Positions 36,811 to 46,570 of a DNA stretch of 64,000 nt are shown one piece after another. The stretch comes from Gemmatimonadaceae bacterium. GTDB taxonomy: Bacteria; Gemmatimonadota; Gemmatimonadetes; Gemmatimonadales; Gemmatimonadaceae. The stretch is taken from contig DASUKE010000035.1 of the NCBI GenBank assembly GCA_036278895.1, positions 15,433 through 79,432 of the forward strand, written 5' to 3'. Every line of letters begins with the position of its first letter. Within the stretch, counting starts at the first letter, position 1. The position numbers were made by a program, and so were the translations under genes. The notes beneath the pieces were generated by a model that ran no database searches, was not told the DNA's origin, and was given only the letters and a program-made list of their open reading frames with translations.

Positions 36811-38736
36811 TTATCTGGCCGTCCATATGTTGTTCGACGTGTCGGCATCCACCCAGATGCCGCCGTCAATGTCAATGGACTTCACGTCCTTGCGCACGCG
36901 TACCTTCTCTGTGGCCAGTTTCGCGTCACGCGACCACGCCGCCGAGGATTCGTGCACGCGGTTCGTGGAGCCGTCATGGTAGCGCACGACGATGTCGAAT
37001 GGCGCCGCCAGTCCGCCAACGTTCGCTACCGTGACCGCCAGGGCGCCACCTGACTTCGTCACGTTCTTCACCGCGAGATCAATGTAGCCGTTGCTGAAGA
37101 ACCAGTTGCTCCAGAACCAGTCGAGCGACCGCCCCGACACATCGTCGAACGTCCGGAAGAAATCCCAGGGCGTGGGATGCCTGCCGTGCCAGCGTGTCAT
37201 GTACGCGTGCAGGCACTTCGCGAACAGCGCGTCGCCGAGCAGGTCCTTCACGGCCAGGTAGCCGAGCGCGGGCTTGCCGTAGGCGTTGATGCCATACGCG
37301 CCGCCGGTGAGCGCATCGGCGGGGGTGACGATGGGAAGATCCTGATCGGGCGATGGGTTGCGCGCCCACCGATCGATGCGGAAGCGCTCGAACTGCGCGG
37401 ACGCGCTGTCGACGCCCACGTCCACGCGGCTGATCAGATACTCGAACGTGGTGGCCCACCCTTCGTCCATGAAGGCGTAGCGCGTTTCGTTGGTGCCCAT
37501 GTAGAAGGGCATGTACGTGTGCGCGATCTCGTGCGCGGCCACGAATGCGGCAAACGCCTTGCTCGGATAGGACTGGTCGTTCGCCACCATGGGGTACTCC
37601 ATGCCGGCTCCGCCCTGGAACTCGGTGGTCTTCTCGTACGGGTACGGCACGCCGGGCCACTGGTGCGACAGAAAGTCGAGCGCGTGCCGCGCGAACTGCA
37701 CCATCTGGTGAAAGTCGCTTGCACTGTCGTTGTACGCGGCCTGCACGCCTGCACGCCGGTGCGTCGCGTTGTCCACGAGCACGCTGGCGGCGTCCCAGTC
37801 GTAGTGGTCGCTCAAGCCGAAGGCCACGTCGGGCACGTCCGCGGCGGTGAAGTGCCAGCTGTTCATGGCGTGCGCCGTGGTGATCGCGCCATCGTGCGTC
37901 TGCGTGCCCGTGGCGACGTGAATGGTGCTGTCCGATGTGAACGACGCCTTGAAGCGTGACAGCGCCTCCGGCTGCAGCACGTCGGCGGCGTTGGTGAGCG
38001 TGCCTGTGCCCCAGACCACGTAGTTGGCCGGCACGTTCACGGTGACATCATAGTCGTTGAAGTCGCTGTAGAACTCGTGCCCGGCGTGATCCATCATGTC
38101 CCAGCCGTTGTAGTCGTCGTACACGGCCACGCGCGGATAGAAGTACGCCACGAAGAATGTCGTGGAGTCGATTTCCCCTTCGCGCCCCGGCTGCCTGGAG
38201 AGATCGTACCACCAGCGGAAGGCGAGGTGCACGGAATCCTTCGGCGCGAGCGCCGAGGGAAGGCGCACCGGCTGCCAGGTGAAGAAGCGCGGATTGTCAT
38301 TCCACTTCTGCGGCGTGCCATTCACCGCGAACGACCGGATGTGCACGCCAGAGGTGAGAAAGTCCGGTCGCGCGCCGCCGTCGCGCGGCGCGCCGGGCTT
38401 GTGATAGTTGGGAAACAGCTTGATCACCAGCATGCGCAGCGTGTCGGGACTCTCGTTGCGATACGTGATCTCTTCCGTCCCCGAGACCCTCCGGTCGGGA
38501 GGGAGCGTGGTGATGGTGATTTTGTACCGGCCGCTGTTCTGCCAATACCGTGGGCCGACGTTGCCGTCGAGCGCGCGTGTGCCGTTGGCATAGGCCTTCT
38601 TCATGGTGCGCGGCACGTAGAGCGATTGTGCCCCGAGCGACGGAGCGGCGAGCGCGGCAACGATTGCGGCGGCGAGCGCGACGGCCACGTGGCGTGATGC
38701 GCGCGCCGCCGGCGTGAACACATTTCGACTGAACAT
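36811..38736 (-). CDS. M1-family zinc metallopeptidase (aminopeptidase N-like), secreted
   Basis: ATG 38736 (MFSRNVFTPAARASRHVAVALAAAIVAALAAPSLGAQS). Gluzincin signature: HEIAHTYMPFYMGTNETRYAFMDEGWA. Confidence 0.9.
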   Translation of the reverse strand: MFSRNVFTPAARASRHVAVALAAAIVAALAAPSLGAQSLYVPRTMKKAYANGTRALDGNVGPRYWQNSGRYKITITTLPPDRRVSGTEEITYRNESPDTLRMLVIKLFPNYHKPGAPRDGGARPDFLTSGVHIRSFAVNGTPQKWNDNPRFFTWQPVRLPSALAPKDSVHLAFRWWYDLSRQPGREGEIDSTTFFVAYFYPRVAVYDDYNGWDMMDHAGHEFYSDFNDYDVTVNVPANYVVWGTGTLTNAADVLQPEALSRFKASFTSDSTIHVATGTQTHDGAITTAHAMNSWHFTAADVPDVAFGLSDHYDWDAASVLVDNATHRRAGVQAAYNDSASDFHQMVQFARHALDFLSHQWPGVPYPYEKTTEFQGGAGMEYPMVANDQSYPSKAFAAFVAAHEIAHTYMPFYMGTNETRYAFMDEGWATTFEYLISRVDVGVDSASAQFERFRIDRWARNPSPDQDLPIVTPADALTGGAYGINAYGKPALGYLAVKDLLGDALFAKCLHAYMTRWHGRHPTPWDFFRTFDDVSGRSLDWFWSNWFFSNGYIDLAVKNVTKSGGALAVTVANVGGLAAPFDIVVRYHDGSTNRVHESSAAWSRDAKLATEKVRVRKDVKSIDIDGGIWVDADTSNNIWTAR

Positions 38737-38970
38737 GACGGGAAATCGTGAAGTGTGGTGCGAGAGTTGGTGTGACATGGATATGAGCGAATGTCGCAGG
38801 CGAACCGCTCCACAGGAAGCGCCGTGTTCGCCTGCACCATCGCTCACGCACTCGGCGGTATCGCGTTATCGTCTGGCGACCTCGTGGCTGGAGGCGCATC
38901 TTCCCGTTCCAGAACGGGCAACACCGCGCCGTTCGCCATGGCGCTCGTGACACGAAACGAGGACAATGCG

Positions 38971-41187
38971 ATGACGCACCGAGCAGTGAGCAGTTGCATG
39001 GCCGCGGCCATGCTGGCATGCAGCGTGGCCGGTACGGTGAAGCTGCACGCGCAGGACGCCGGTCACGATTCCGTCGCGGCACGGAGCCGCACCGGCCGGC
39101 GCCTCTTCAGCAGCAGCGATGCGCTGCGGGTCGCGCGCGTGTTCTCACCGCGCCTCTCGTCTGATGGATCGCGCGTCGCCTATCTCGTCGCCAACGTGGA
39201 GATGAAGAAGGACGAGGCCGGCAAATCGGTGACCAACCTCTGGATGGTCCCGGCCGTCGGCCCCGAGACCGCGGCGAGACAGTTCACGCGCGGCGACCGG
39301 AGCGTCTCCGATCCCGAATGGTCGCCCGACGGGCGGATCATCGCGTTCATCAGATCGACCGGCGACGAGAAGGATGCGAAGCCGCAGGTGTGGTTCATGT
39401 ACGCCGACGGCGGCGAACCCTGGCAGGTGACGAAGCACAAGGCCGGCGTCCGCGGCTTCGAGTTTTCGCCGGACGGAAAGACGCTGCTGCTCATTGCCAC
39501 GAGCCAGCCCGACAGCGGCGACGAGGCGCGCCAGAAGGTCAAGGACGACGCCGTGGTGGTTGATCACGATTTCCGGATGGCCGCGCTGTGGACGTGGTCC
39601 ATCGCGACCGGAAGCGAGAAGCGCATCACGAACGACACCGTTTCGGTCACCGAAGCGCGCTGGTCACCCGATGGCTCCCGCATTGCCTTCACGGCGGCGC
39701 CGACCCCGCGGCTGGATGACACGGATCTCCGCAGCGCCTACGTCCTGGATGTCGCCACCGGGCACGTGCGCAAGCTCGTCGAAACGACAGACGCCACAGG
39801 AACCGCGCGCTGGTCGCCCGATGGGGCGCAGATAGCCTATGTGACCGCCAAAGGTGCCGGTCCATATCAGACGAGTCTCTACGTCGTGGCGGCGAACGGC
39901 GGGGCGCCGCTCAAGCTGACCGCGAATTTCGCGCTCGATGCGGGCGAGCCCTTCTGGTCGCCCGATGGCAAGACCATCTACTTCACGAGCAACACGCGAG
40001 AGTCCGTCGAGGTATTCGCGGCGAGCGTGGGCGGCGGAACGGTGCGCCAGGTCACCACCACGCCCGGAGTCATCCAGCTCGCTGGCATTGATCGCGATGG
40101 ACGCACCGCCATCGGCACGTTCACCGATCCATCGCACCCCGCGGATGTGTTCCGCTGGTCCAATGGCTTCACGTCCTCCGCGGCGATCACGCGGCAGAAC
40201 GCCTGGCTCGCCGACTACGCGCTCGGCGCCACCGACGTGGCGCAGTGGAAGAGCAGCAAGGATGGGCTCGAGATCGATGGCATCGTGACCAGGCCCGTGG
40301 ACTACGATGCATCTCGCAAGTATCCGTTTCTCCTCAATCCGCACGGCGGCCCCACCGGCGCGTCGCTGCTGTCGTTCAACGCGACCGAGCAGGTGATGGC
40401 GGCCAACGGGTACCTCGTGCTCGAACCCAACTTTCGCGGCTCCACGGGACGCGGCGAAAAGTTCGAGTCGGCGAACGTGAACGACTGGGGTGACGGCGAC
40501 TATCAGGATGACATGAGCGGCGTGGACGCCATGATCGCGCACGGCTGGATCGACCCGCAGCGCATGGGTGCGTTCGGCTGGTCGTACGGCGGCTACATGA
40601 CGTTCTGGATTGACACCCAGACCGACCGCTTCAAGGCCATCTCACCCGGCGCCGGTCTTCCTGATCTGTACTCGATGTACGCCGAGACGGACATCCACCG
40701 GTATCTGCGCGAGTTCTTCGATCTCAAGGCGCCGTACGACAACTACCAGGAGTACTGGAACCATTCGCCAATGAAGTACGTCGCGAAGGTGAAGACTCCC
40801 ACGATGATTCTGCACGGGCAGGCGGACACCCGCGTGCCGATCCCGCAGGCGGAGGAGTTCTACCGCGCGTTGTACGATCACCACGTGCCGGTGGAGTTCG
40901 TGACGTATCCGCGCGAGAATCACGGCTTCGCGGAGCCACGCCACATTCAGGACCGGCTGCAGCGCTATCTCGTATTCTTTGGCAAGTACCTCGGCAACCC
41001 GCCGGTCACGGAACCGGCGGATGTGGTCACGCGAATGACCAGGGACCTGCCGGGGGCGGTCCGCACCCCACCCCCCGCCCTTGGGAATGGGCAATCGGGA
41101 ATGGGGAATCGTGGGAATGGGGAATGGGGAGGCCGATTCCCCATTCGCACGGCTCCACTCGGGATCAAAGGGTTCAGAGTCGATTGA
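38971..41187 (+). CDS. S9-family prolyl oligopeptidase/acylaminoacyl-peptidase with TolB-like beta-propeller
   Basis: ATG 38971 is preceded by GAGGA and begins a signal peptide. Repeated WSPDG blades are present. Motifs: GWSYGGYM nucleophile, HGQADTRVP, ENHGF. The last ~60 codons read through GGGAAT repeats and may not belong to the native protein. Confidence 0.9.
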   Translation: MTHRAVSSCMAAAMLACSVAGTVKLHAQDAGHDSVAARSRTGRRLFSSSDALRVARVFSPRLSSDGSRVAYLVANVEMKKDEAGKSVTNLWMVPAVGPETAARQFTRGDRSVSDPEWSPDGRIIAFIRSTGDEKDAKPQVWFMYADGGEPWQVTKHKAGVRGFEFSPDGKTLLLIATSQPDSGDEARQKVKDDAVVVDHDFRMAALWTWSIATGSEKRITNDTVSVTEARWSPDGSRIAFTAAPTPRLDDTDLRSAYVLDVATGHVRKLVETTDATGTARWSPDGAQIAYVTAKGAGPYQTSLYVVAANGGAPLKLTANFALDAGEPFWSPDGKTIYFTSNTRESVEVFAASVGGGTVRQVTTTPGVIQLAGIDRDGRTAIGTFTDPSHPADVFRWSNGFTSSAAITRQNAWLADYALGATDVAQWKSSKDGLEIDGIVTRPVDYDASRKYPFLLNPHGGPTGASLLSFNATEQVMAANGYLVLEPNFRGSTGRGEKFESANVNDWGDGDYQDDMSGVDAMIAHGWIDPQRMGAFGWSYGGYMTFWIDTQTDRFKAISPGAGLPDLYSMYAETDIHRYLREFFDLKAPYDNYQEYWNHSPMKYVAKVKTPTMILHGQADTRVPIPQAEEFYRALYDHHVPVEFVTYPRENHGFAEPRHIQDRLQRYLVFFGKYLGNPPVTEPADVVTRMTRDLPGAVRTPPPALGNGQSGMGNRGNGEWGGRFPIRTAPLGIKGFRVD

Positions 41188-41248
41188 TTTTCATCAGCCG
41201 GCAGCGACCAGCCACCAGCTACCGTGGTTTAACCAGCTGTTCAAGCGA

Positions 41249-41391
41249 GACAGGATTTCAGGATTGACGGGATCAACAGGATTCTCACGGCGCCGTTCCA
41301 AAAGCATTTGCCGTCATTCAGCGAACGGACTGAAACTTTGAGACTCAGCTCCCAACAATCCTGTTAATCCCGTCAATCCTGAAATCCTGTC
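41249..41391 (+). repeat. Inverted-arm repeat element, copy 1 (MITE-like/REP-like, 143 bp)
   Basis: The left arm GACAGGATTTCAGGATTGACGGGATCAACAGGATT and the reverse complement of the right arm match at 34 of 35 positions. The conserved core reads CTCACGGCGCCGTTCCAAAAGCATTTGCCGTCATTCAGCGAACGGACTGAAACTTTGAGACTCAGCTCCCAAC. It is followed by CTTCTTTTTG and lies between convergent genes. Confidence 0.85.
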
Positions 41392-41415
41392 TTCTTTTTG
41401 GCGATCAACGGGCAG

Positions 41416-43161
41416 CTACTGCCGGCACGCGCCGTGGGGATCAGGCTTCGGGTGATCCACCACCGGCCGGTGATCCAGATCGGCCACGTGCACGGCGATG
41501 TCCTCCACGAGATTGCCCACCTTCGCCATGTGCGTGTAGTCGATGTATTCCGGCTCGTCCGTCACCTGGTGATAGTCCGAGTGCAGTCCGGTGGTGAAGA
41601 ACGTGATCGGAATGCCGTAGCGCGCGTACTCGTAGTGGTCACTGCGGCAGTAGATGTTGGACGGGTGACCATCCGCATCCAGTGAATAGTCGAACTGCAT
41701 GTCGTGGTGATCCTCGCGATTGACCTGTTCCACGATGTTGCCCAGCTCCGTGGAGAGGCGCCGCGAGCCGACGAGCTGCAGATAGTTGGGACTCCCATGA
41801 ATCGGCGTACCATCCTTGGTGCGCCCCGTCTCATCGCTCGCGTCGCCGCGCCCCACCATGTCCATGTTGAGCTGCGTGACGATCGAGTCGCGCGGTACGG
41901 TGGGATGGTCGGTGAACCAGCGCGAGCCCAGCAGCCCCTTCTCCTCCCCCACGTGCCACACGAAGAGAATCGAGCGCTTGGGTTTCACCTTCATGGACTG
42001 GATCTTCTGCGCGATCTCGAGCACCGTCACCGACCCGGAACCATCGTCGTCGGCGCCGTTGTCGATCGAGTCCACGCGCATGGAGTGCGGATACTTCGCG
42101 CGGAAGGCCGCGAGCTCGCTGTCGGCCTGCGCCTGCTGCGCCGGCGTCGCCTGCTTGCGTCCATCATCGGCGCCTTCGGGACGCACGATGTGATTCCAGA
42201 TGCGGAGCGAGTCGTGATCCACCGGCCGCGCATGATCGCCCAGGTGATCGTTGTGGGCGCCAATGGCGACGTATTCCGCCTTGAGCGCGGGGTCGCTGCC
42301 GGGAATGATCCCCACGACATTGCGCGCGGGATCGGCCACCGGCGTCACGCTGTACTCCACATCCACGGCGGCGGTCTTGCCCGCCGTGCCCGGCGCGAGG
42401 CCGTCCACCGGTGCATCGAACATGCGCGCCGCGGCGGCCTTGCTGATGATGAAGGACGGGGTCTGCGCCGGACCGTCGGCCGCGCCCTCATCCAGGAACT
42501 GCCGCGGCCGCTTCACGAACGCGAGCGCCGCCGGCGGAATGTCTTCGAGCTCGATCACGGCAATGGCGGCGGCGCTGGGCACCGGCCGCATCGCGGCGCG
42601 CGTGCGGCGCAGGCGCGCGCGCGCATCGGTCGCGGCGTAGACCACGAGCTTGCCTTTCGCCTGATCGTCGCTGATGGTCGCGGCTGAGTCACCCACGGTG
42701 CCGCCGAACACGATGGGCACCGATGGATTGGTGAACGAGTCCGGGCCCAGCGGCACGAAGTCGGTGAACGGCATGAGCGCCGCGCCGTTTACGGCAAACG
42801 TCGGATTGTCCTTGAGCGCGCGCGTCTTGAGCGGAATGGTCTGGAAGTACGTCCCGTTATCGCCCGCGGGCACGAGCCCCATCTTCTGAATCTCGTTGGC
42901 GATGTAGGTCGTGCCCTTCACGTTGCCCAGCGTGCCGGCCTCGCGACCCAGCATGGAGTCGTCGGAGAAGATGTAGAGCCGCGTGCGGAGATCCGCGGGC
43001 GTGATGTCCGCCGTGGTGGGCTGCGGCGCGTGCATGCGCGCGGCGGGCACGTACGGGTCGAACGCGGCGGGTGCCGCGCCGGTTGCCGGCGCGCTGCCAC
43101 GCGCGCACGCGGCGCCGAGCAGCGCGAGCGCCGCCGCGGAATGCTTCAGGTAGGTGTGCAC
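41416..43161 (-). CDS. M28-family aminopeptidase with PA domain, lipoprotein
   Basis: MHTYLKHSAAALALLGAAC lipobox. Motifs: GAHNDHLG, GADDDGSGSVTVLEIA, FVWHVGEEKGLLGSRWF, RSDHYEYARYGIPITFF. Confidence 0.9.
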   Translation of the reverse strand: MHTYLKHSAAALALLGAACARGSAPATGAAPAAFDPYVPAARMHAPQPTTADITPADLRTRLYIFSDDSMLGREAGTLGNVKGTTYIANEIQKMGLVPAGDNGTYFQTIPLKTRALKDNPTFAVNGAALMPFTDFVPLGPDSFTNPSVPIVFGGTVGDSAATISDDQAKGKLVVYAATDARARLRRTRAAMRPVPSAAAIAVIELEDIPPAALAFVKRPRQFLDEGAADGPAQTPSFIISKAAAARMFDAPVDGLAPGTAGKTAAVDVEYSVTPVADPARNVVGIIPGSDPALKAEYVAIGAHNDHLGDHARPVDHDSLRIWNHIVRPEGADDGRKQATPAQQAQADSELAAFRAKYPHSMRVDSIDNGADDDGSGSVTVLEIAQKIQSMKVKPKRSILFVWHVGEEKGLLGSRWFTDHPTVPRDSIVTQLNMDMVGRGDASDETGRTKDGTPIHGSPNYLQLVGSRRLSTELGNIVEQVNREDHHDMQFDYSLDADGHPSNIYCRSDHYEYARYGIPITFFTTGLHSDYHQVTDEPEYIDYTHMAKVGNLVEDIAVHVADLDHRPVVDHPKPDPHGACRQ

Positions 43162-43289
43162 GGTTCCTTATGCGATGTCGTGAGGAGTGTTGACGCCCGG
43201 TGCTGATGCGGGCGGGGGGGAGTGATAATATGACCGCTCGGCACACGGGGAACCACCCGCGCGCGCCAGACAGGCTCTGGTATATCTCG

Positions 43290-45263
43290 TCACCGCGTGC
43301 GCCCTGATGATTTCACCACCGTGAGCGTCAGGGTCGACGGATAGCGCTTTGAGTGATGGATCGCGTTGTGCGCCACGAGCGGCTGCGTCTCATCGTAGTT
43401 GTTGCCGCCGGTGTTCAGATTGCGATCGAAGCGCGGAAAGTTCGAGCTCGACACCTCGATGCGGATGCGATGCCCAGCCGCGAAATAGTTGCTCGTGTTC
43501 ATGGGCTGCAACTGCACCCGGTACACCTGCCCCGGCTGCATGAACGCCACGGGTTTGTCGTACCCATTGCGATAGCGCAGCCGCTGGATGTTCTCGTCGA
43601 GATTGTACGCGCGGCCATCGGGATATACGTCGATGAGCTTCACCGTGATGTCCGTGTCCTTGCGATCCGACGACACGTACACCGTGAACGTGATGGGACC
43701 GCTCACTTCCATCCCCTCCTTGAGCGGCTCCGACGAGTACACCAGGATGTCCGGCTGCTCCTCCATCGTGCGCTGGTCCATCGCGCCGCCCGTCAGCCCC
43801 GGCTGACAGCACACGTTGCCGCCGTGCGACATCACCGGGTGCATGGGGTCGTACGTGAACGTGTCCGGCAGATCGCGCCCCGGCGCCTTGAGCACGAGCC
43901 CGCCGTCACCGTGCAGCGTGTTCGCCTTTCCTTCGCTCGCCAGGAAGTACGTGACGGGCGCGGCACCCTTTGGCGGCCACGTGTCCGACGTCTGCCACTT
44001 GTTGATGCCCATCGTGTAGTAGCGCACGCGGGGCAGCGTGTCGAGCAGGCCGTTGTTCTCACCCTTGAGGAAGTGATCGAACCAGTCGTACGTGAGCGCG
44101 TCGTAGTCGTAGCGCGCATCACCCACGCTGCGCTCTCCCACGACGGTGTTCTCTGTGGCGCGCGTATACGAGCAGTGCAGCGTTGGCGCGATGATCACGT
44201 ACTGCTGCTTGCCGATGGCCGGGTCGGCCGTCTCGCGCACGTGATTGTACTCGGCGAGGTTCGGCCCGATTGACACGTCGTACCACGACATGAAGTACAG
44301 CGCCGGCACGTTGATCTTCATGTTGTCGTGCCACAGACCGCCGCGATACCACGCCGGATCATTCGGCGTGCGCTCGATCATGGCGCCGCCGGTCGCGATG
44401 CCCGGCACCGAATCCGCGAAGATGCCCGGCGGCCCGTCCACCGAGCGGATGATGTCCTTCTCCGGCAGATGCCAGAACGCCTTCATCCAGTCCACGGGCG
44501 GCAGATGCTGCACGAGGTCGAAGGAGCGCGACTCGCGAATGAGATCGGACTGCGACGCGTTCGCGGGGAACATGGGCCGCGTCTCGTTCTGCTCGCCGTA
44601 GAGCCAGTCGATGAACAGCATCTGCACCGCGCCGCCGCGATACCAGTTGCCCTGTTCGTAGTACGGGCCAACGCGTCCCACACCGGCGCCGAAGCTTTCC
44701 GGTATGATCGTCGCCAGACCCGGCGGCGCCGTGGACGCCACCGCCGACTGCCACTCGGCTGTGGACGAGCACCCCACCAGCCCGACCTTTCCGTTGGACC
44801 AGGGACGCGTGGAAATCCACTGGATCGCGTCATGGCCGTCGCTGAGCGGCGGCCCGAGAATGTCGTACGTGCCATCGGAGAAGAAATGGCCGCGTTCGTT
44901 CTGCTCGACGTACGCATAGCCGCGCTTCACCGCCTCGAGCACCGCCGACATGTTCGCGGGTACGCCGTTCTGGATGTCCCAGTAGTTGAAGTTGTACGGC
45001 GTGCGCACGAAGATGGCGGGGACTTTCCCCTGCGCGTGCTTCGGGTAGTAGATGTCGGTGGCGAGCCGCGCACCGTCCCGCATGGAGACCATGACCTTGC
45101 GGTCGATCACGGCGAGCGACTCGAGCTGGTGCTCCAGATCCCAGCGGACAGCCTTGGCCGAGTCGCTGAGTGGCCTGCCACGCTGCGCGGCGGCCGGGCG
45201 ACTGCCGAGCGCCAGGGCGAGCACGATGAACAGGGCGGAGAGGCGTTGGTGCCGGTCGCGCAT
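43290..45263 (-). CDS. CocE/NonD-family hydrolase (S15 X-Pro dipeptidyl-peptidase-like)
   Basis: Signal peptide present. Motifs: [18 protein letters not shown] nucleophile region, and C-terminal [23 protein letters not shown] typical of the family. Confidence 0.85.
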   Translation of the reverse strand: MRDRHQRLSALFIVLALALGSRPAAAQRGRPLSDSAKAVRWDLEHQLESLAVIDRKVMVSMRDGARLATDIYYPKHAQGKVPAIFVRTPYNFNYWDIQNGVPANMSAVLEAVKRGYAYVEQNERGHFFSDGTYDILGPPLSDGHDAIQWISTRPWSNGKVGLVGCSSTAEWQSAVASTAPPGLATIIPESFGAGVGRVGPYYEQGNWYRGGAVQMLFIDWLYGEQNETRPMFPANASQSDLIRESRSFDLVQHLPPVDWMKAFWHLPEKDIIRSVDGPPGIFADSVPGIATGGAMIERTPNDPAWYRGGLWHDNMKINVPALYFMSWYDVSIGPNLAEYNHVRETADPAIGKQQYVIIAPTLHCSYTRATENTVVGERSVGDARYDYDALTYDWFDHFLKGENNGLLDTLPRVRYYTMGINKWQTSDTWPPKGAAPVTYFLASEGKANTLHGDGGLVLKAPGRDLPDTFTYDPMHPVMSHGGNVCCQPGLTGGAMDQRTMEEQPDILVYSSEPLKEGMEVSGPITFTVYVSSDRKDTDITVKLIDVYPDGRAYNLDENIQRLRYRNGYDKPVAFMQPGQVYRVQLQPMNTSNYFAAGHRIRIEVSSSNFPRFDRNLNTGGNNYDETQPLVAHNAIHHSKRYPSTLTLTVVKSSGRTR

Positions 45264-45386
45264 GCGGACTCCTGTGATGAGTGTTCACCTGCAATACGAA
45301 GGAGCGGCGTGAGCTGTTGAGGCGGATGGAGCGCCGGCGATATACTATGGCATCCCGAGAGCCGCAATTCGTACTCCGCAGAGTGG

Positions 45387-46292
45387 ATGCGATACTCCAG
45401 AGCTGAAACCGAACCCGCTCCTCGCCCCGCCGCGTTCTCGACGGCGGCGCGGCTGCGGGTTGCCTTCCAGGGCGAGCCCGGCGCATTCAGCGAAGACGCG
45501 ATTCATCTGCTGTGGGGACCCGGCGTGGAAGCCGTGCCCGTGGCCACATTCGCAGCCGTCATGGACGCGGCGGAGCAGGGTGACGTGGACTTCGGCATGC
45601 TCCCCATAGAGAGCACGGTGCTGGGCGACGTGCACTCGGCGTACGACCTGCTCGCACTGCACGATGGTCTCGTGATCGCGGCCGAAGTGATTCTGCCGGT
45701 GCGACTCGCGCTGCTGGCGCTGCCGGGCGCGTGCGTCACCCAGATCCGATCGGTCGCGAGCCACCCGCTCATCCTCGCGCAGTGCACGTACTATCTCGAG
45801 CGACATTCCGCGATGCGCGCCGTGCCGGCCGAAGACACGGCCGGCGCGGCGCGCGAAGTGGCCGAGTCGGGCGATCGTTCGCGCGCCGCGCTGGGCAGCC
45901 GCCGCGCCGCCGAATACTATGGACTGGACGTCATTGCGGACGGCGTGGAGGATCGCCCCGATGCGCAGTTCCGCTTTCTGGCCGTGGGACGCGAGCCGAC
46001 CTCGCTCGAACGCGGCGCTCTGGCGCGCACCGCGGTGCTCTGCGTCTTCCCCGATGCGGCCGGTTCGCTCGTGAGCGCGCTCAAGCCACTCGCCGACGCG
46101 TCATTCCGCATCACGCACATCGGCGCGCGTCCGACGCGCGAACCGTGGACGTATCAGTTCTTCCTGGAATACGAGCATCCGGCAATGGACCCGCACGCCA
46201 CTGCCGCGCTCTACCTGCTGCAGACCTCATCGCGCGAGTGCCGGCTGCTGGGCACATACCCCAAGTGGGTGGACAAGAGTTCGGCGGGCTGA
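45387..46292 (+). CDS. pheA: Prephenate dehydratase
   Basis: RVAFQGEPGAFSE, IESTVLGDVHSAYDLL, AQFRFLAV (TRF-like), and ACT-domain IGARPTREPWTYQFFLEYE. Confidence 0.85.
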   Translation: MRYSRAETEPAPRPAAFSTAARLRVAFQGEPGAFSEDAIHLLWGPGVEAVPVATFAAVMDAAEQGDVDFGMLPIESTVLGDVHSAYDLLALHDGLVIAAEVILPVRLALLALPGACVTQIRSVASHPLILAQCTYYLERHSAMRAVPAEDTAGAAREVAESGDRSRAALGSRRAAEYYGLDVIADGVEDRPDAQFRFLAVGREPTSLERGALARTAVLCVFPDAAGSLVSALKPLADASFRITHIGARPTREPWTYQFFLEYEHPAMDPHATAALYLLQTSSRECRLLGTYPKWVDKSSAG

Positions 46293-46338
46293 GGATGCGC
46301 GGCGCGATGCCGGTGGCGCGAACCGGCTTCCCCTGAAT

Positions 46339-46493
46339 GACAGGATTTACCGGATTCACAGGACTGACAGGATTGATTCGAGCCGAATCCCAAGGTTTCA
46401 GTCCGTTCGCTGAATGACGGCAAATGCCTTTTGGAACGGCACCGTGTGATTCCTGTTGATCCGGTGCATCCCGTGAATCCCGTTAATCCTGTC
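46339..46493 (-). repeat. Inverted-arm repeat element, copy 2 (inverted orientation, 155 bp)
   Basis: The reverse complement reads ...GGATCAACAGGAATCACACGGTGCCGTTCCAAAAGGCATTTGCCGTCATTCAGCGAACGGACTGAAACCTTGGGATTCGGCTCGAATCAATCCTGTCAGTCCTGTGAATCCGGTAAATCCTGTC. This is collinear with copies 1 and 3. It lies between the convergent pheA and DinB-family genes. Confidence 0.85.
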
Positions 46494-46570
46494 CGGTCGT
46501 GAGCAGTGGCGCAGCACGCTACTCGAATCCGCGGCACAATTCGACTGGCCCAGACAATCCTCCCCCGCAA

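Noticed and set aside
41081-41341. ORFs spanning the inverted-arm repeat elements: 41081..41341 (+), 46211..46570 (-), 55553..55828 (+). They encode similar peptides (..GLTGSTGFSRRRSK.., ..TGLTGFTGCTGSTGITRCRSK.., ..SFSERTEILSLGSQQSC..).
   Set aside because: The similarity is a by-product of translating the DNA repeat. The frames differ between copies, arms are inverted repeats, and there are no start or SD signals. I treat them as non-coding repeats.
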